Shown here in pieces: positions 8,484 through 17,437 of a stretch of DNA of 37,137 bases. The first letter of the stretch is position 1. Each line of letters opens with the position of its first letter. This DNA is from an uncultured Methanomassiliicoccales archaeon (lineage in GTDB: Archaea; Thermoplasmatota; Thermoplasmata; RBG-16-68-12). Below the pieces are notes generated by a model that made no database searches, was not told the origin of the DNA, and worked only from the letters and a program-made list of their open reading frames with translations. A program made the translations under genes and the position numbers. The stretch covers positions 1 through 37,137 of the forward strand of contig CAZJIP010000005.1 in NCBI GenBank assembly GCA_964546105.1. The letters run 5' to 3'.

Positions 8484-8944
8484 TCCGTGACCGCCGAGGT
8501 GATCTCGACTTCCTCGGTCGTGTCCGCGCCCGCGGCGAGGCTCCCCCACCGCCCGATTGCCTTCACGATGTCGTAGCCGCTGAGGATCCCCACCACCTCG
8601 CGGCCGTTGAAGACCGCCAGGTGCCGCAGGTTCGCCCGCCTCATCAGCCGCGCCGCGTAGGCCACCGGCACGCCGGGCGTCACGGTCACGAGGGGCGCAG
8701 TGGCGACCTCCCCGACGAGGGTCGTGCTCGGGTCGCGTCCGCCCGCGAGGGCGTCCACCACGTCGCTCGACGTGATGATGCCGAAGGGCTCTTCCCGTCC
8801 CTCGGGCCGGACGACGAGGCTGTTCACGCGCGCGTCGGCCATGCGCTTGGCGGCGGCCTGGAGCGTGGCGTCCTCGGAGATCTCGAAGACCTCCGTGGAC
8901 ATCGCGTCCCGGACCTTCACGTATCGGGCCATCACTTCCGGCAT
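8480..8944 (-). CDS. CBS-domain pair protein
   Basis: Two CBS motifs (VRDAMSTEVFEISEDATLQAAAKRMADARVNSLVV.. and ..VATAPLVTVTPGVPVAYAARLMRRANLRHLAVF..GILSGYDIVKAI). Start taken at the internal ATG 8944 (MPEVMARY); the ORF-track start at 8980 is possible. Its stop shares a CTAG tetranucleotide with the ask stop. Confidence 0.75.
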   Translation of the reverse strand: MPEVMARYVKVRDAMSTEVFEISEDATLQAAAKRMADARVNSLVVRPEGREEPFGIITSSDVVDALAGGRDPSTTLVGEVATAPLVTVTPGVPVAYAARLMRRANLRHLAVFNGREVVGILSGYDIVKAIGRWGSLAAGADTTEEVEITSAVTD

Positions 8945-9101
8945 GGCGTATCTGAAGGGAAATTCCCTCCGTGCGTACAATACGTTCTCGCGACGGCCGC
9001 GGCGCAGCCGTCAGACCGACGCCACACGATCGATCGCCCTATCACGACCGATAACCGCTTGGCAAGGGATTAGTGCCCGCAGGACGACCCAGGGGGCGGT
9101 C

Positions 9102-9674
9102 ATGGATTCCAACGTTCCGCATGCAGACCACCGGTTCGGCCTGGGCGCTCGAATCGCATCTGTGTTCAACGGGGCACACCCGCTCCGCCGCGTGGTCGAG
9201 CACGTCTACCTGACCTACGACGGCGGCACGCCCATGGTCCACCTCTCCCGCAACTTCGTCCCCGGCCGAGACCCGGACGTGATCGCGTCCATGTTCACCG
9301 CCATCGAGAACTTCATGGACGAGTCCTTCCACGAGATGGGCATCGGGGCCGTCCGGAGCATCGAGCTGGGGGACCGCCACCAGGTCGCTTTCGGCCGCGG
9401 GAAATGGGTCCTGCTCTACGTCCTGTACCGGGGCCGGGAATCGAATCAGCTCGAGCGCCACGTGATTCACCAGGTGCACGCCCTCGAGGAGCGGTTCTCC
9501 GGGTTGCTGAAAGACTGGAACGGGGACATGAAGGTCGCCGACGTTCTGCGGGACTACCTTGCGCAGATGTGGTTCTTCTCGAAGGACGTCTCGTCGCGGG
9601 CCCTCGTGGTCCCGCCGAAGTCCGCCTTCGCGGAGAATGCGGCGCCCGCTGAACCCCCGACTGAGCAGCCATGA
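9102..9674 (+). CDS. hypothetical protein, possibly Roadblock/LC7 (MglB-like) fold
   Basis: ATG 9102. Third-position G/C is strong throughout. The pattern VVEHVYLTYDGGTPMVHLSR...DPDVIASMFTAIENFMDESF...VRSIELGDRHQVAFGRGKWVLLYVLY resembles the Roadblock/longin-like alpha-beta pattern. The fold assignment is from memory only. Confidence 0.55.
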   Translation: MDSNVPHADHRFGLGARIASVFNGAHPLRRVVEHVYLTYDGGTPMVHLSRNFVPGRDPDVIASMFTAIENFMDESFHEMGIGAVRSIELGDRHQVAFGRGKWVLLYVLYRGRESNQLERHVIHQVHALEERFSGLLKDWNGDMKVADVLRDYLAQMWFFSKDVSSRALVVPPKSAFAENAAPAEPPTEQP

Positions 9675-9914
9675 TTCGGCCAAGTCCCGGCTGCCGCGTG
9701 CCTCGGCCGACTCCGTAGTCCATGTGTGAAGTCAGACAAGGTACAGTAGTGTACCGGCACGGCGCACGCCACCCGGGACGTGCTGCGAGGCACGGATTGG
9801 GACTTCCGGTGGAGACTCGTGGGGACAGCGGGGATCCTACAGTGGCGAGAATCGCCTCTCCTTCTTCCGTTCGCCGTGACCCGCCCCGGGTCTCTCGCGA
9901 CCTATGCCCGTTGG

Positions 9915-12056
9915 TTAGCTCAGGATGCCTGCGGCCTCTGTCCATGCCCTCTCGAGGACTTGGAGGTCCCCGACGAGCCACGGAGTCAGTTGCGAGTCTG
10001 CAATCGTGCGCAGCGCCGCGAGGGCCGAGGCCTTCGACATGCTCCCGTCCTTTAGTCCGAGGTAGATGCCCTGGACGTCCACGTAGGACTGCTGCTGGCC
10101 GAAGTCGCCGCCCCAGTACAGGTACACATCCATCATCTCCCGGAGCAGCTCCGTGTAGGTCTCGCGGCTGTAGTAGCGGCCCCATTCCATCGTGTACACG
10201 TTCTCCAGGGCCGCGACGGCGTTGCCCGTCTGCCCCTTCGCGAGGGCCGCGATTGCCCCGTTCACGTAGCCCAGGTCGTGGACGTACTGCGCGGACCGCA
10301 GGAAGACGTCCCAGGATCCCATGAGGCCGCCCTCCCCAAGCGTCCAGGACGTGACCACGCGCCTCGCGTCGATCAGGAGGCGGTTCAGGGCGTCGGCTCG
10401 GGCCTCAACGGCCGCGCGGGCGGCGGGCGTCGTGGCCCGCGTGTAGTCCGCCCGGATCTGGTCCGCGAGCGCGTTCGCCGCGACTGCCCTCTCGCGGAGC
10501 GCGCCCGCTGCGGCGACCGCATCATCGAAGCGGGCCGCCTCGGCGGGGATGGCCGCCTTCTCCCTTTTGAGTTCCGCGAGGGCCCAGTCCACCGTGTACT
10601 GGAGTTCGATGGGCATGACGAGGGCGTGGACCGCCCGGATGGCCCATAGGGCGTGCAGCTTCAGGGTCGTGTCAATCGTGTCGGCGCTCTGCATGGCCAT
10701 GTCGTCCAGCTGGGTGTGGTAGTACGCGTCGAAGCCGGCCACCCACATGAGCTGGATCGCGGAGCCGCCCCCCTTGGCGGCGTAGGACCAGGCGTCCGTC
10801 CAGGACCACACGGGGTTGTAGTAGCCCACGGCACCGCCGAGGCCCAGGTCGCTGATCCCCTGGGAGACGAGGCCGTTCACCTCCCATGTGTTCTCCACCC
10901 AGTAGCGGCCCGAGGCCTTGACGAAGCTCACCCCGTCCATGTTCAGCTCGACCACGAGGCCCGCCAGGATTTCGGGATGGGCCTTCACGAACTCGTAGGA
11001 CCCGACGAGCCAATTGTACCAGCTGTCGTCCGGCCCGCCCGTTTCCTCGGCGCCCACGGAGGCGAAGACCAGGGTGCGCTCGTTCACGAAGGTCCCTGCG
11101 GCCCGGGCCGAGGAGAACAGCCGCGCGAGCTCGAGCATCGCGGCGATCGAGGAGGAGTCATCGTTGGCCCCGCTCCACCACGTGTCGATGTGGCCCGAGA
11201 TTACGACGTACTCGTCCGGGTGCGTCGTGCCGTACAGGTACGCGGCCACGTTGACCGAGTGGGCGGTTCGTTCGGACACCAGGTCCGTCCGGCCCTCGAT
11301 TCGGAGGGTGACCGGTCCTTGCTCCAGGAGATCCTGAAGATGCCACGCGGACCGCGGCGAGATTGAGAAGGCGGGCAGCGGCCCCTTCACGGAGTCCTGC
11401 TTCATGCCGTCTGGCACAGGGTAGGTCCCGTAGTACCCGTAGAAGACCACCGCGGCCGCATGGTGCAGGGACGCTTCGATCTCCGGGACATTCGGCCATC
11501 CCTGGATATCGTCGTCCCGGTGCACGAGGGCGATGACGCCCGTGAGGTCACCCGCTGCGTCGAAGTCGGCGGCGGTCCCGTAGCCCACGTCCCTCAACGG
11601 GGCGACCAGTGTCTTCCCGTGGTCCTCGTTGCCGAACGCGTACGGGCGCCCGGCCTCCTTCCCCCACACGGAATAGCAGTCGCCATACGTGGTGCCTTCG
11701 ATCGGTTCCTGGATCGGCGAGACGACCTGGATGCTCGTGCCGTAGTGGACCCAGCTGGCCACCGGGAACGTCTCCATGACCACCTTGTCCATGGGCATCG
11801 CGCTCAGCTCGCCGTATACGTATTCCTGCGCGGCGGCCTCCTGGTCCGTGCCCGCGACCCGCTCCCCGAACCCGGTAATCGTCGTGAGCTGGTCCCACGC
11901 GTTCGCGTAGTCGAGCCCGCCCAGAATGCGACTCTCCTCCGCGGTTAGGCCGGCCGAGCTGCCCGTGCCCAACGCGGGCGCGCCGCGTGTTTGCGGCGCC
12001 ATGGCAATCAGCAAGACCACGATTCCCAGAGTCAAGACCACTGTCCGTCGTTTCAT
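9915..12056 (-). CDS. secreted/membrane-anchored M28-family metallopeptidase (PA domain and transferrin-receptor-like C-terminal region)
   Basis: ATG 12056 (MKRRTVVLTLGIVVLLIAMAPQTRGAPA, a signal/anchor) is preceded by GGAGG. M28 motifs: VVISGHIDTWWSGANDDSSSIAAMLELARLF, FASVGAEETGG. The ORF-track extension to 12197 has poor third-position G/C. Confidence 0.8.
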   Translation of the reverse strand: MKRRTVVLTLGIVVLLIAMAPQTRGAPALGTGSSAGLTAEESRILGGLDYANAWDQLTTITGFGERVAGTDQEAAAQEYVYGELSAMPMDKVVMETFPVASWVHYGTSIQVVSPIQEPIEGTTYGDCYSVWGKEAGRPYAFGNEDHGKTLVAPLRDVGYGTAADFDAAGDLTGVIALVHRDDDIQGWPNVPEIEASLHHAAAVVFYGYYGTYPVPDGMKQDSVKGPLPAFSISPRSAWHLQDLLEQGPVTLRIEGRTDLVSERTAHSVNVAAYLYGTTHPDEYVVISGHIDTWWSGANDDSSSIAAMLELARLFSSARAAGTFVNERTLVFASVGAEETGGPDDSWYNWLVGSYEFVKAHPEILAGLVVELNMDGVSFVKASGRYWVENTWEVNGLVSQGISDLGLGGAVGYYNPVWSWTDAWSYAAKGGGSAIQLMWVAGFDAYYHTQLDDMAMQSADTIDTTLKLHALWAIRAVHALVMPIELQYTVDWALAELKREKAAIPAEAARFDDAVAAAGALRERAVAANALADQIRADYTRATTPAARAAVEARADALNRLLIDARRVVTSWTLGEGGLMGSWDVFLRSAQYVHDLGYVNGAIAALAKGQTGNAVAALENVYTMEWGRYYSRETYTELLREMMDVYLYWGGDFGQQQSYVDVQGIYLGLKDGSMSKASALAALRTIADSQLTPWLVGDLQVLERAWTEAAGILS

Positions 12057-12644
12057 CCCGCCTGCCTCCAACCCCACACCCTCCATGCGGATCGCAGGTT
12101 TCACGGTCCCGCCGGGCCGCAGAGGCGCCACGAATCCGTCGGAGGATGGGGTGTGCAACAGAACCAAGTTACTTCTACGCTCGGTAAGTATTGACACAGC
12201 CGCGTTCCAATCCGGCGACGCACTACGATGACCGCGGGCTCTCTACGGAGGGCTCCGTGAACTACGGGGGCAAGGTATTCCATCTCCGGTGACTTGGCTG
12301 TCGTGGGGCGGGCCCTTCTCCTCCGTCCACATGCCATCCACTCACCCGCCCCACAAACCCTGATCCGGCTGCGGCAGGCCGTTCGTCGCGGTGCGCGCAT
12401 GGGGAGCGCGCTCGCAGTTCCGACACCGCATTAGAACAACACGAAGAGGTGCGGGCTCCCGGGCACCGGAGTCAATCTTTCCGGGTTGCGGGAGCGTGTT
12501 CCCAAGATTACCGAGCGTGCCCGCGCTACTAGAACTTGAGCCCGCGAGTCTATGGAGGGATCTGTGGAATTCGTAGGTCGCCCGAAACTCGAATCGCCGG
12601 ACGTGCGACGCTTTGGGGATCGTTTCGCGCCGAATCGGGTCGAA

Positions 12645-13022
12645 CTACCGGCTCTTCTTGCTCGGGGAGGATAGCGGTTCGAGTTCCAGGGAGTGAATCC
12701 GGCGCTGGCGGACACGGAAGATGCTCCGGTAGACGCTGGGCGCACGGGCCATCGGCAGACTCATGCGAACCTGCGCCACGAGGGTCTTTCCCTCGCGCCG
12801 CAGTCCCTCGATTTCCACACGGGAGGGCCGCTCCTGTTCTGCGAAGGCGGCCGCAATCTCGCGGATGCCATGTCGCTCGGTGCCGTACTCGTCCCGGAAC
12901 GAGGCGTCCATGCTGAACGCGTTCAGGGCGTCCAGGAACCGGCCCGTCTTCAGGGCCATGAGGTAGTCCGTCACGAGCGTCTCGTCGGACTCGTCGCGAT
13001 CGGGGGTCGTCGTCGCTAGCAT
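12645..13022 (-). CDS. NTF2/SnoaL-like domain protein
   Basis: 125 aa. The pattern VTDYLMALKTGRFLDALNAFSMDASFRDEYGTERHGIREIAAAF...VAQVRMSL...SIFRVRQRRIHSLELEP fits the SnoaL/NTF2-like cone fold. Confidence 0.5.
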   Translation of the reverse strand: MLATTTPDRDESDETLVTDYLMALKTGRFLDALNAFSMDASFRDEYGTERHGIREIAAAFAEQERPSRVEIEGLRREGKTLVAQVRMSLPMARAPSVYRSIFRVRQRRIHSLELEPLSSPSKKSR

Positions 13023-13067
13023 GCGACGGAATCATGCGCGGCGCCGGGGGATACGCGTTGCCCCCAT

Positions 13068-13091
13068 AGACTCCGTAGGTCTACGGAGTCT
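13068..13091. promoter_or_regulatory. perfect 11-bp inverted repeat AGACTCCGTAG-gt-CTACGGAGTCT (hairpin/operator candidate)
   Basis: Read directly from the sequence. The right arm overlaps the last codons and the stop of the AbrB-PhoU gene. The element lies about 45-70 nt upstream of the ATG (13022) of the NTF2-like gene. Confidence 0.6.
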
Positions 13092-14097
13092 CCGAGTCCG
13101 CGAGCACGGCGAGGTTGATTGCCTGCTCCGCGATGTCCGTGGCGTAGCTCGCCGTCCGGCTCAGGCTGTCCACAATGGCCCCGAGGGCGAGGAGTTCCTC
13201 GCCTTTCTTGGAGGACACGTGGTGCAATAGGGCGTCGATCAGCTTCTGGTGGTGCCCGCGGGCGTCGATGGCCTCGTTGGCGGCGTCGATGTCCCCCGAC
13301 ATTAGGGCGCTGAACGCCTTGTCCAGGATAGCCGTGGCCGAGGCGTTTGCGACCTCGATTTCCTTCACGAGCTTCGGGTCGAGTTCCTTCTCCCCTACGA
13401 GGACGTCGTGGGTGCTCGCAATGCGCTCCGCGTGATCCCCCACGCGCTCCAGCAGCTTTGCCACGAGCCGATGCGCATGGATACCGCTCTGCGAGGGACG
13501 CTCCGTCGTGCCCGGAGGCGCGGTGTGGGCAAGGTGGTACTGCTTGGCTACCATCCAGTAGAGGCGGTCCACGTCCTGGTCCCGTTGAGCCACGTCCCGG
13601 GCCAGGGTCGGATCCCTGGTCTTCAACGCCTGGATGGCGTCTTCCAGCATAGCCCGCACGCTAAGGTGCATGCGGCGGAGGCACTTCTCCGAGCTGAGTT
13701 CGGAAGGGTCGGACAGATCTTGGATGCTGATCATGGTCCGGGTCTCCTCGATGATCTCCGGCCCGATGACCAGGTGGCAGAAGTCCCGAGCCACGCGGCG
13801 CACGAAGGGTCCGTTCTCCGGTCGGAAACGGACCTCGATGAGCCCGAATCCGGAGATGTAGGCCCCGATGAGCTTCCGGAGCAGATGGTCGCGCACCTCT
13901 CCGCCCTTCTCGTCGAAGACCTTCCGTCGCGCGGCAGCTTTCTCCGCCGGCTGGGGCCGGACGTTCACGGAGCCGTCCGCGGCCGTCTCCAAGAACACGG
14001 TGTCGCCCGCCTTGAGGCCCGCGTCGACGACCCACCGCTTGGGCAGGGAGACGACGTAGGTCGATCCCCCGGTCAGCTGCAACTTCCTCCCTTCCAT
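13081..14097 (-). CDS. phosphate uptake regulator, AbrB/SpoVT-like N-terminal domain fused to a PhoU domain
   Basis: ATG 14097 (MEGRKLQLTGGSTYVVSLPKRWVVDAGLKAGDTV is an AbrB-type swapped hairpin). PhoU-type helical repeats follow (DVDRLYWMVAKQ, VAKLLERVGDHAERIA, SLSRTASYATDIAEQA). It is divergent from pstS. Confidence 0.8.
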   Translation of the reverse strand: MEGRKLQLTGGSTYVVSLPKRWVVDAGLKAGDTVFLETAADGSVNVRPQPAEKAAARRKVFDEKGGEVRDHLLRKLIGAYISGFGLIEVRFRPENGPFVRRVARDFCHLVIGPEIIEETRTMISIQDLSDPSELSSEKCLRRMHLSVRAMLEDAIQALKTRDPTLARDVAQRDQDVDRLYWMVAKQYHLAHTAPPGTTERPSQSGIHAHRLVAKLLERVGDHAERIASTHDVLVGEKELDPKLVKEIEVANASATAILDKAFSALMSGDIDAANEAIDARGHHQKLIDALLHHVSSKKGEELLALGAIVDSLSRTASYATDIAEQAINLAVLADSETP

Positions 14098-14147
14098 GCC
14101 CGTTCGCCTTCGAGGTTCTTGAGTTACTATAGAGCTTAAAGGCTTGG

Positions 14148-14164
14148 CTACGGAGTCTATATAG
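14148..14164. promoter_or_regulatory. CTACGGAGTCTAT motif fused to a palindromic TATA-like CTATATAG in the divergent phoU-like/pstS region
   Basis: The 13-mer at 14148-14160 is identical to the reverse complement of 13066-13078. CTATATAG at 14157-14164. The partner half-site AGACTCCGT lies at 14193-14201. Confidence 0.5.
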
Positions 14165-14380
14165 CACCCCGTCTGACACCCGTTGGCAGTCGAGACTCCG
14201 TCGGGAAGCGACATAGGCCTCGGTTCGGGTCGACTAAATGGGAAATCGTATGGAAGTCACCCAGCAGGGGGCGAGGAACGACGGACCTCTCGGAGTTTTC
14301 CGAGGATCCTATCGAGGGATGAGGTTCCTGCCGAAACTCCATAGATTTCCGTAATCAGACGAGAAAGGTGGTACGAGGCA

Positions 14381-15556
14381 ATGGCAGGCAAAGCAATGGA
14401 ACCGGAAGAACCGGAAAGTCTCCAGCCCCGCTCCAGCCACCGCGGACGGTGGATCGGGATTGCGGCCGTGGTGGTCGTGGTTGTGATTCTCGCTGCGGGA
14501 TTCACGACGAGCTGGTTCGGCCTGGCGAGCTCCTCCGGGGGATCTTCGCATACGATTACCCTGAACGGGGCCGGATCGACGTTCGCGCTACCGGTCATCA
14601 GCGCGTGGTCGACCCAGTACAAGGCCCTCACCGGCGTCCAGATTAACTACCAGGGAACGGGCAGCGGAGCGGGCATCAACGCGATCATCGCGAAGAGCCT
14701 CGACTTCGGCGCCACGGATGCGCCCTTGAACACGACCCAGCACGACCAAAACCCGAGCCTCCTCACGATTCCCGAGAGCCTCGGGGCCGTGACGATGGCC
14801 TACAACGTGCCGGGCGTCCCGTCCCACATCAACCTGACCGGGACGATCATCGCGGGCATCTACCTGCGAACAATCACGAACTGGAACGACCCCAGCATCA
14901 GCGCCGTCAACCCGGGGATCACCTTCCCAGACCTCTCGATCATCCCGGCGCACCGGTCCGATGCCAGCGGGACGACGTACGCCTTCACGAACTACCTCAG
15001 CGTCGTCAACTCCACCTGGGCATCCCAGATTGGCACCGGGAAGTCCGTGGCGTGGCCTTCGGGTGAGATCGGCGCGCAGGGCAACCCGGGCGTGGCTGCG
15101 GTGGTCCAGGGAACCAAGGGCGCGATCGGCTACGTCGAGCTCGCCTACTCCCTGCAGAACGGCTTGGCCTATGCGAAGGTCCAGAACGCGGCGGGGAACT
15201 ACATCGTGCCCACGCTGAACTCGACGGCCGCGGCGGCCGCGAACGCGGCGGGAAACCTGCCGGCGGGGAATGCGGACTGGTCCCGCGTGTCCATCGTGAA
15301 CGCACCGGGCGCGGACAGCTACCCCATCGCGACGTTCACGTACCTCCTGGTGTACCAGGAGCTCAACGTCTACCCGAATGGCGTGATGACGCAGGCGAGG
15401 GCCCAGGCCCTGGTCTCGTTCCTGGTGTGGGCCATCCACGACGGGCAGGCCGCCGCGGGGACGCTCCAATACGTCCCGCTGCCCGCGAGCGTGGTCACCG
15501 GCGACATGGCCACGATCCAGTCGATAACCTTCAACGGGCAGCCGCTATCGAGCTGA
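14381..15556 (+). CDS. pstS: phosphate ABC transporter substrate-binding protein, N-terminal membrane anchor
   Basis: TM segment (WIGIAAVVVVVVILAAGF), then PstS motifs (ITLNGAGSTFALPVISAWSTQY, YQGTGSGAGI, DFGATDAPL, RSDASGTTYAFTNYL). AGGTGG lies 12 nt upstream of the ATG. Confidence 0.9.
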   Translation: MAGKAMEPEEPESLQPRSSHRGRWIGIAAVVVVVVILAAGFTTSWFGLASSSGGSSHTITLNGAGSTFALPVISAWSTQYKALTGVQINYQGTGSGAGINAIIAKSLDFGATDAPLNTTQHDQNPSLLTIPESLGAVTMAYNVPGVPSHINLTGTIIAGIYLRTITNWNDPSISAVNPGITFPDLSIIPAHRSDASGTTYAFTNYLSVVNSTWASQIGTGKSVAWPSGEIGAQGNPGVAAVVQGTKGAIGYVELAYSLQNGLAYAKVQNAAGNYIVPTLNSTAAAAANAAGNLPAGNADWSRVSIVNAPGADSYPIATFTYLLVYQELNVYPNGVMTQARAQALVSFLVWAIHDGQAAAGTLQYVPLPASVVTGDMATIQSITFNGQPLSS

Positions 15557-15575
15557 ACCCGGGACCGGATCGTTC

Positions 15576-16550
15576 ATGGCGTTCCCCTTTCAACGCCGCG
15601 CCCGGAGGGTTCGCAGGAACCCGATGGGGTCGACGTGGGGGGACGCCCTCTTCCGCCTAGGCTCCGGGGCCGCGGGGGTCGTCCTCCTTGCGGTCCTGGG
15701 GCTGATCGTGTTGGTTCTCCTGTTGAACGCCGGCCTGTCGATCCAAACGTTTGGTCCGGGGTTCCTGGGCAATGCAGTCTGGGATCCGAACACCAACCAG
15801 TTCGGAGCTCTGCCTTTCATCTTCGGGACGCTCGTCACGTCGGCCATCGGTCTCCTCCTTGGCGTCCCCATCAGTCTGGGCATCGCCATCTTCCTGGTTG
15901 AACTGGCCCCCGCCTCGGTCCGCACGCCCCTCACCTACGTTGTGGAGCTGCTCGCCGCCATTCCCTCGGTAGTTTACGGGCTCTGGGGTATCTTCGTCCT
16001 CGTTCCCGTGATGTCGAACTACGTGGACCCCGCGTTGCAGGGTGCTCTCGGGTTTCTCCCGCTGTTCCAAGGCCCCATCTACGGCTATGGCCTGCTCACC
16101 GCGGGCGTGATCCTCGCCATCATGATCATCCCCACGGTGGCGGCCATCAGCCGCGACGCTCTGATGGCCGTTCCCCAGAACCAACGTGAGGCGGCCCTCA
16201 GCCTGGGCGCGACCCGTTGGGAGTCGACCCGCATGGCCGTCCTGAGCTACGCTCGCTCGGGAATCTTCGGAGCGGTCATCCTGGGCTTCGGTCGAGCCGC
16301 GGGCGAGACGATTGCCGTGACCATGGTAATCGGGAACGCGAACGAGATCCCCCGTGGATTCTCCCTGCTCGCGCCCGCCCAGACCCTCTCGAGCCTGATT
16401 GCCACCAACATCCGCGAGGCGTTCGGGCTGCAGGCCAGCGCCCTCATCGAGCTCGCTCTCGTCCTGCTTCTAGTGACCTTGATCGTCAACGTCTTCGCGC
16501 GAATCATGGTCTGGCGCGTGTTCGGCGAGCGCAAGGAGGCCATGGGCTGA
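15576..16550 (+). CDS. pstC: phosphate ABC transporter permease PstC
   Basis: Multi-TM protein with an EAA-type loop (AISRDALMAVPQNQREAALSLGATRWE). Position in the pst operon supports the call. Confidence 0.9.
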   Translation: MAFPFQRRARRVRRNPMGSTWGDALFRLGSGAAGVVLLAVLGLIVLVLLLNAGLSIQTFGPGFLGNAVWDPNTNQFGALPFIFGTLVTSAIGLLLGVPISLGIAIFLVELAPASVRTPLTYVVELLAAIPSVVYGLWGIFVLVPVMSNYVDPALQGALGFLPLFQGPIYGYGLLTAGVILAIMIIPTVAAISRDALMAVPQNQREAALSLGATRWESTRMAVLSYARSGIFGAVILGFGRAAGETIAVTMVIGNANEIPRGFSLLAPAQTLSSLIATNIREAFGLQASALIELALVLLLVTLIVNVFARIMVWRVFGERKEAMG

Positions 16551-17437
16551 TGCCGTTCCACCGCGCGTCGTGGCGCCGAACCAAGAACGCGATCATGATG
16601 GGCCTGACGGTCGCCTGCCTCCTCCTCGCGCTCGTCCCGCTCGGGAGCATCCTCCTCTCGGTCGCATCCCAGGGGGGCTCCGTCATCAACGTGGAGTTCT
16701 TCACGGCGACCCAGCCCACCCCCTGTTCTCCGAATCCCATCACTGCGTGCAGCCAAGGCGGGATCCTGCAAGCGATCGTGGGAACCCTGCTGCTCCTGGC
16801 CTATTCCTGCCTCATTGCCATTCCGCTCGGCATCCTCGTGGGCATCTACCTCGCCGAGTACGGCAAGGGTCCCCTGGCCCTCGCCGTCCGCTTCCTTGCC
16901 GACGTCATGACCGGCCTGCCCTCCATCGTGTTCGGGATGTTCATCTATGCAGGGTTCTTGTTGGCATTCCCCGGAAGGGTGTTCAGCCTGCTCGCGGGAA
17001 CCTTGGCCTTGGCCGTGTTGGTCCTCCCCTTTGTCGCGCGGACCACGGAGGAAGCGCTACGGCTGGTGCCGAACGGCCTTCGGGAGGCGGCCCTCGCATT
17101 GGGAGTGCCCAAGTACCGTGTGACGGCACGGGTCGTCCTTAGCTCGGCCCGGGAGGGCGTCGTCACGGGAGCCATCCTAGCCATGGCACGAATCGGAGGC
17201 GAGACGGCGCCCGGAATCATGACGTGGTTCGGGAACATCTACGTCTCGACGAGCCTCGACCGGCCGATTGCGTCCTTGTCCTTGCTCATCTTCTACAATG
17301 CCGCGTCTCCCTACGCAAACTGGAACGCCCTCGCGTGGGGTGCGGCCTTGATCCTCGTCCTCATGATGTTGGGCCTCAGCATCGCCGTGCGCGTCCTGTT
17401 GCGCCGTCGGTTCGGGGAGCGGAGGATCGAAGCATGA
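16550..17437 (+). CDS. pstA: phosphate ABC transporter permease PstA
   Basis: ATG 16550 overlaps the pstC stop (TGATG). [13 protein letters not shown]..., with a permease loop ([26 protein letters not shown]). Confidence 0.9.
   Translation: MPFHRASWRRTKNAIMMGLTVACLLLALVPLGSILLSVASQGGSVINVEFFTATQPTPCSPNPITACSQGGILQAIVGTLLLLAYSCLIAIPLGILVGIYLAEYGKGPLALAVRFLADVMTGLPSIVFGMFIYAGFLLAFPGRVFSLLAGTLALAVLVLPFVARTTEEALRLVPNGLREAALALGVPKYRVTARVVLSSAREGVVTGAILAMARIGGETAPGIMTWFGNIYVSTSLDRPIASLSLLIFYNAASPYANWNALAWGAALILVLMMLGLSIAVRVLLRRRFGERRIEA

Noticed and set aside
12101-12576. Small ORFs in the long spacer: 12101-12400(-), 12391-12576(+), 12431-12745(-) and 12536-12916(+).
   Set aside because: No third-position G/C periodicity where I checked (12461-12580). 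The translations are Arg/Ser/Pro/Cys-rich, with no start-site signals.
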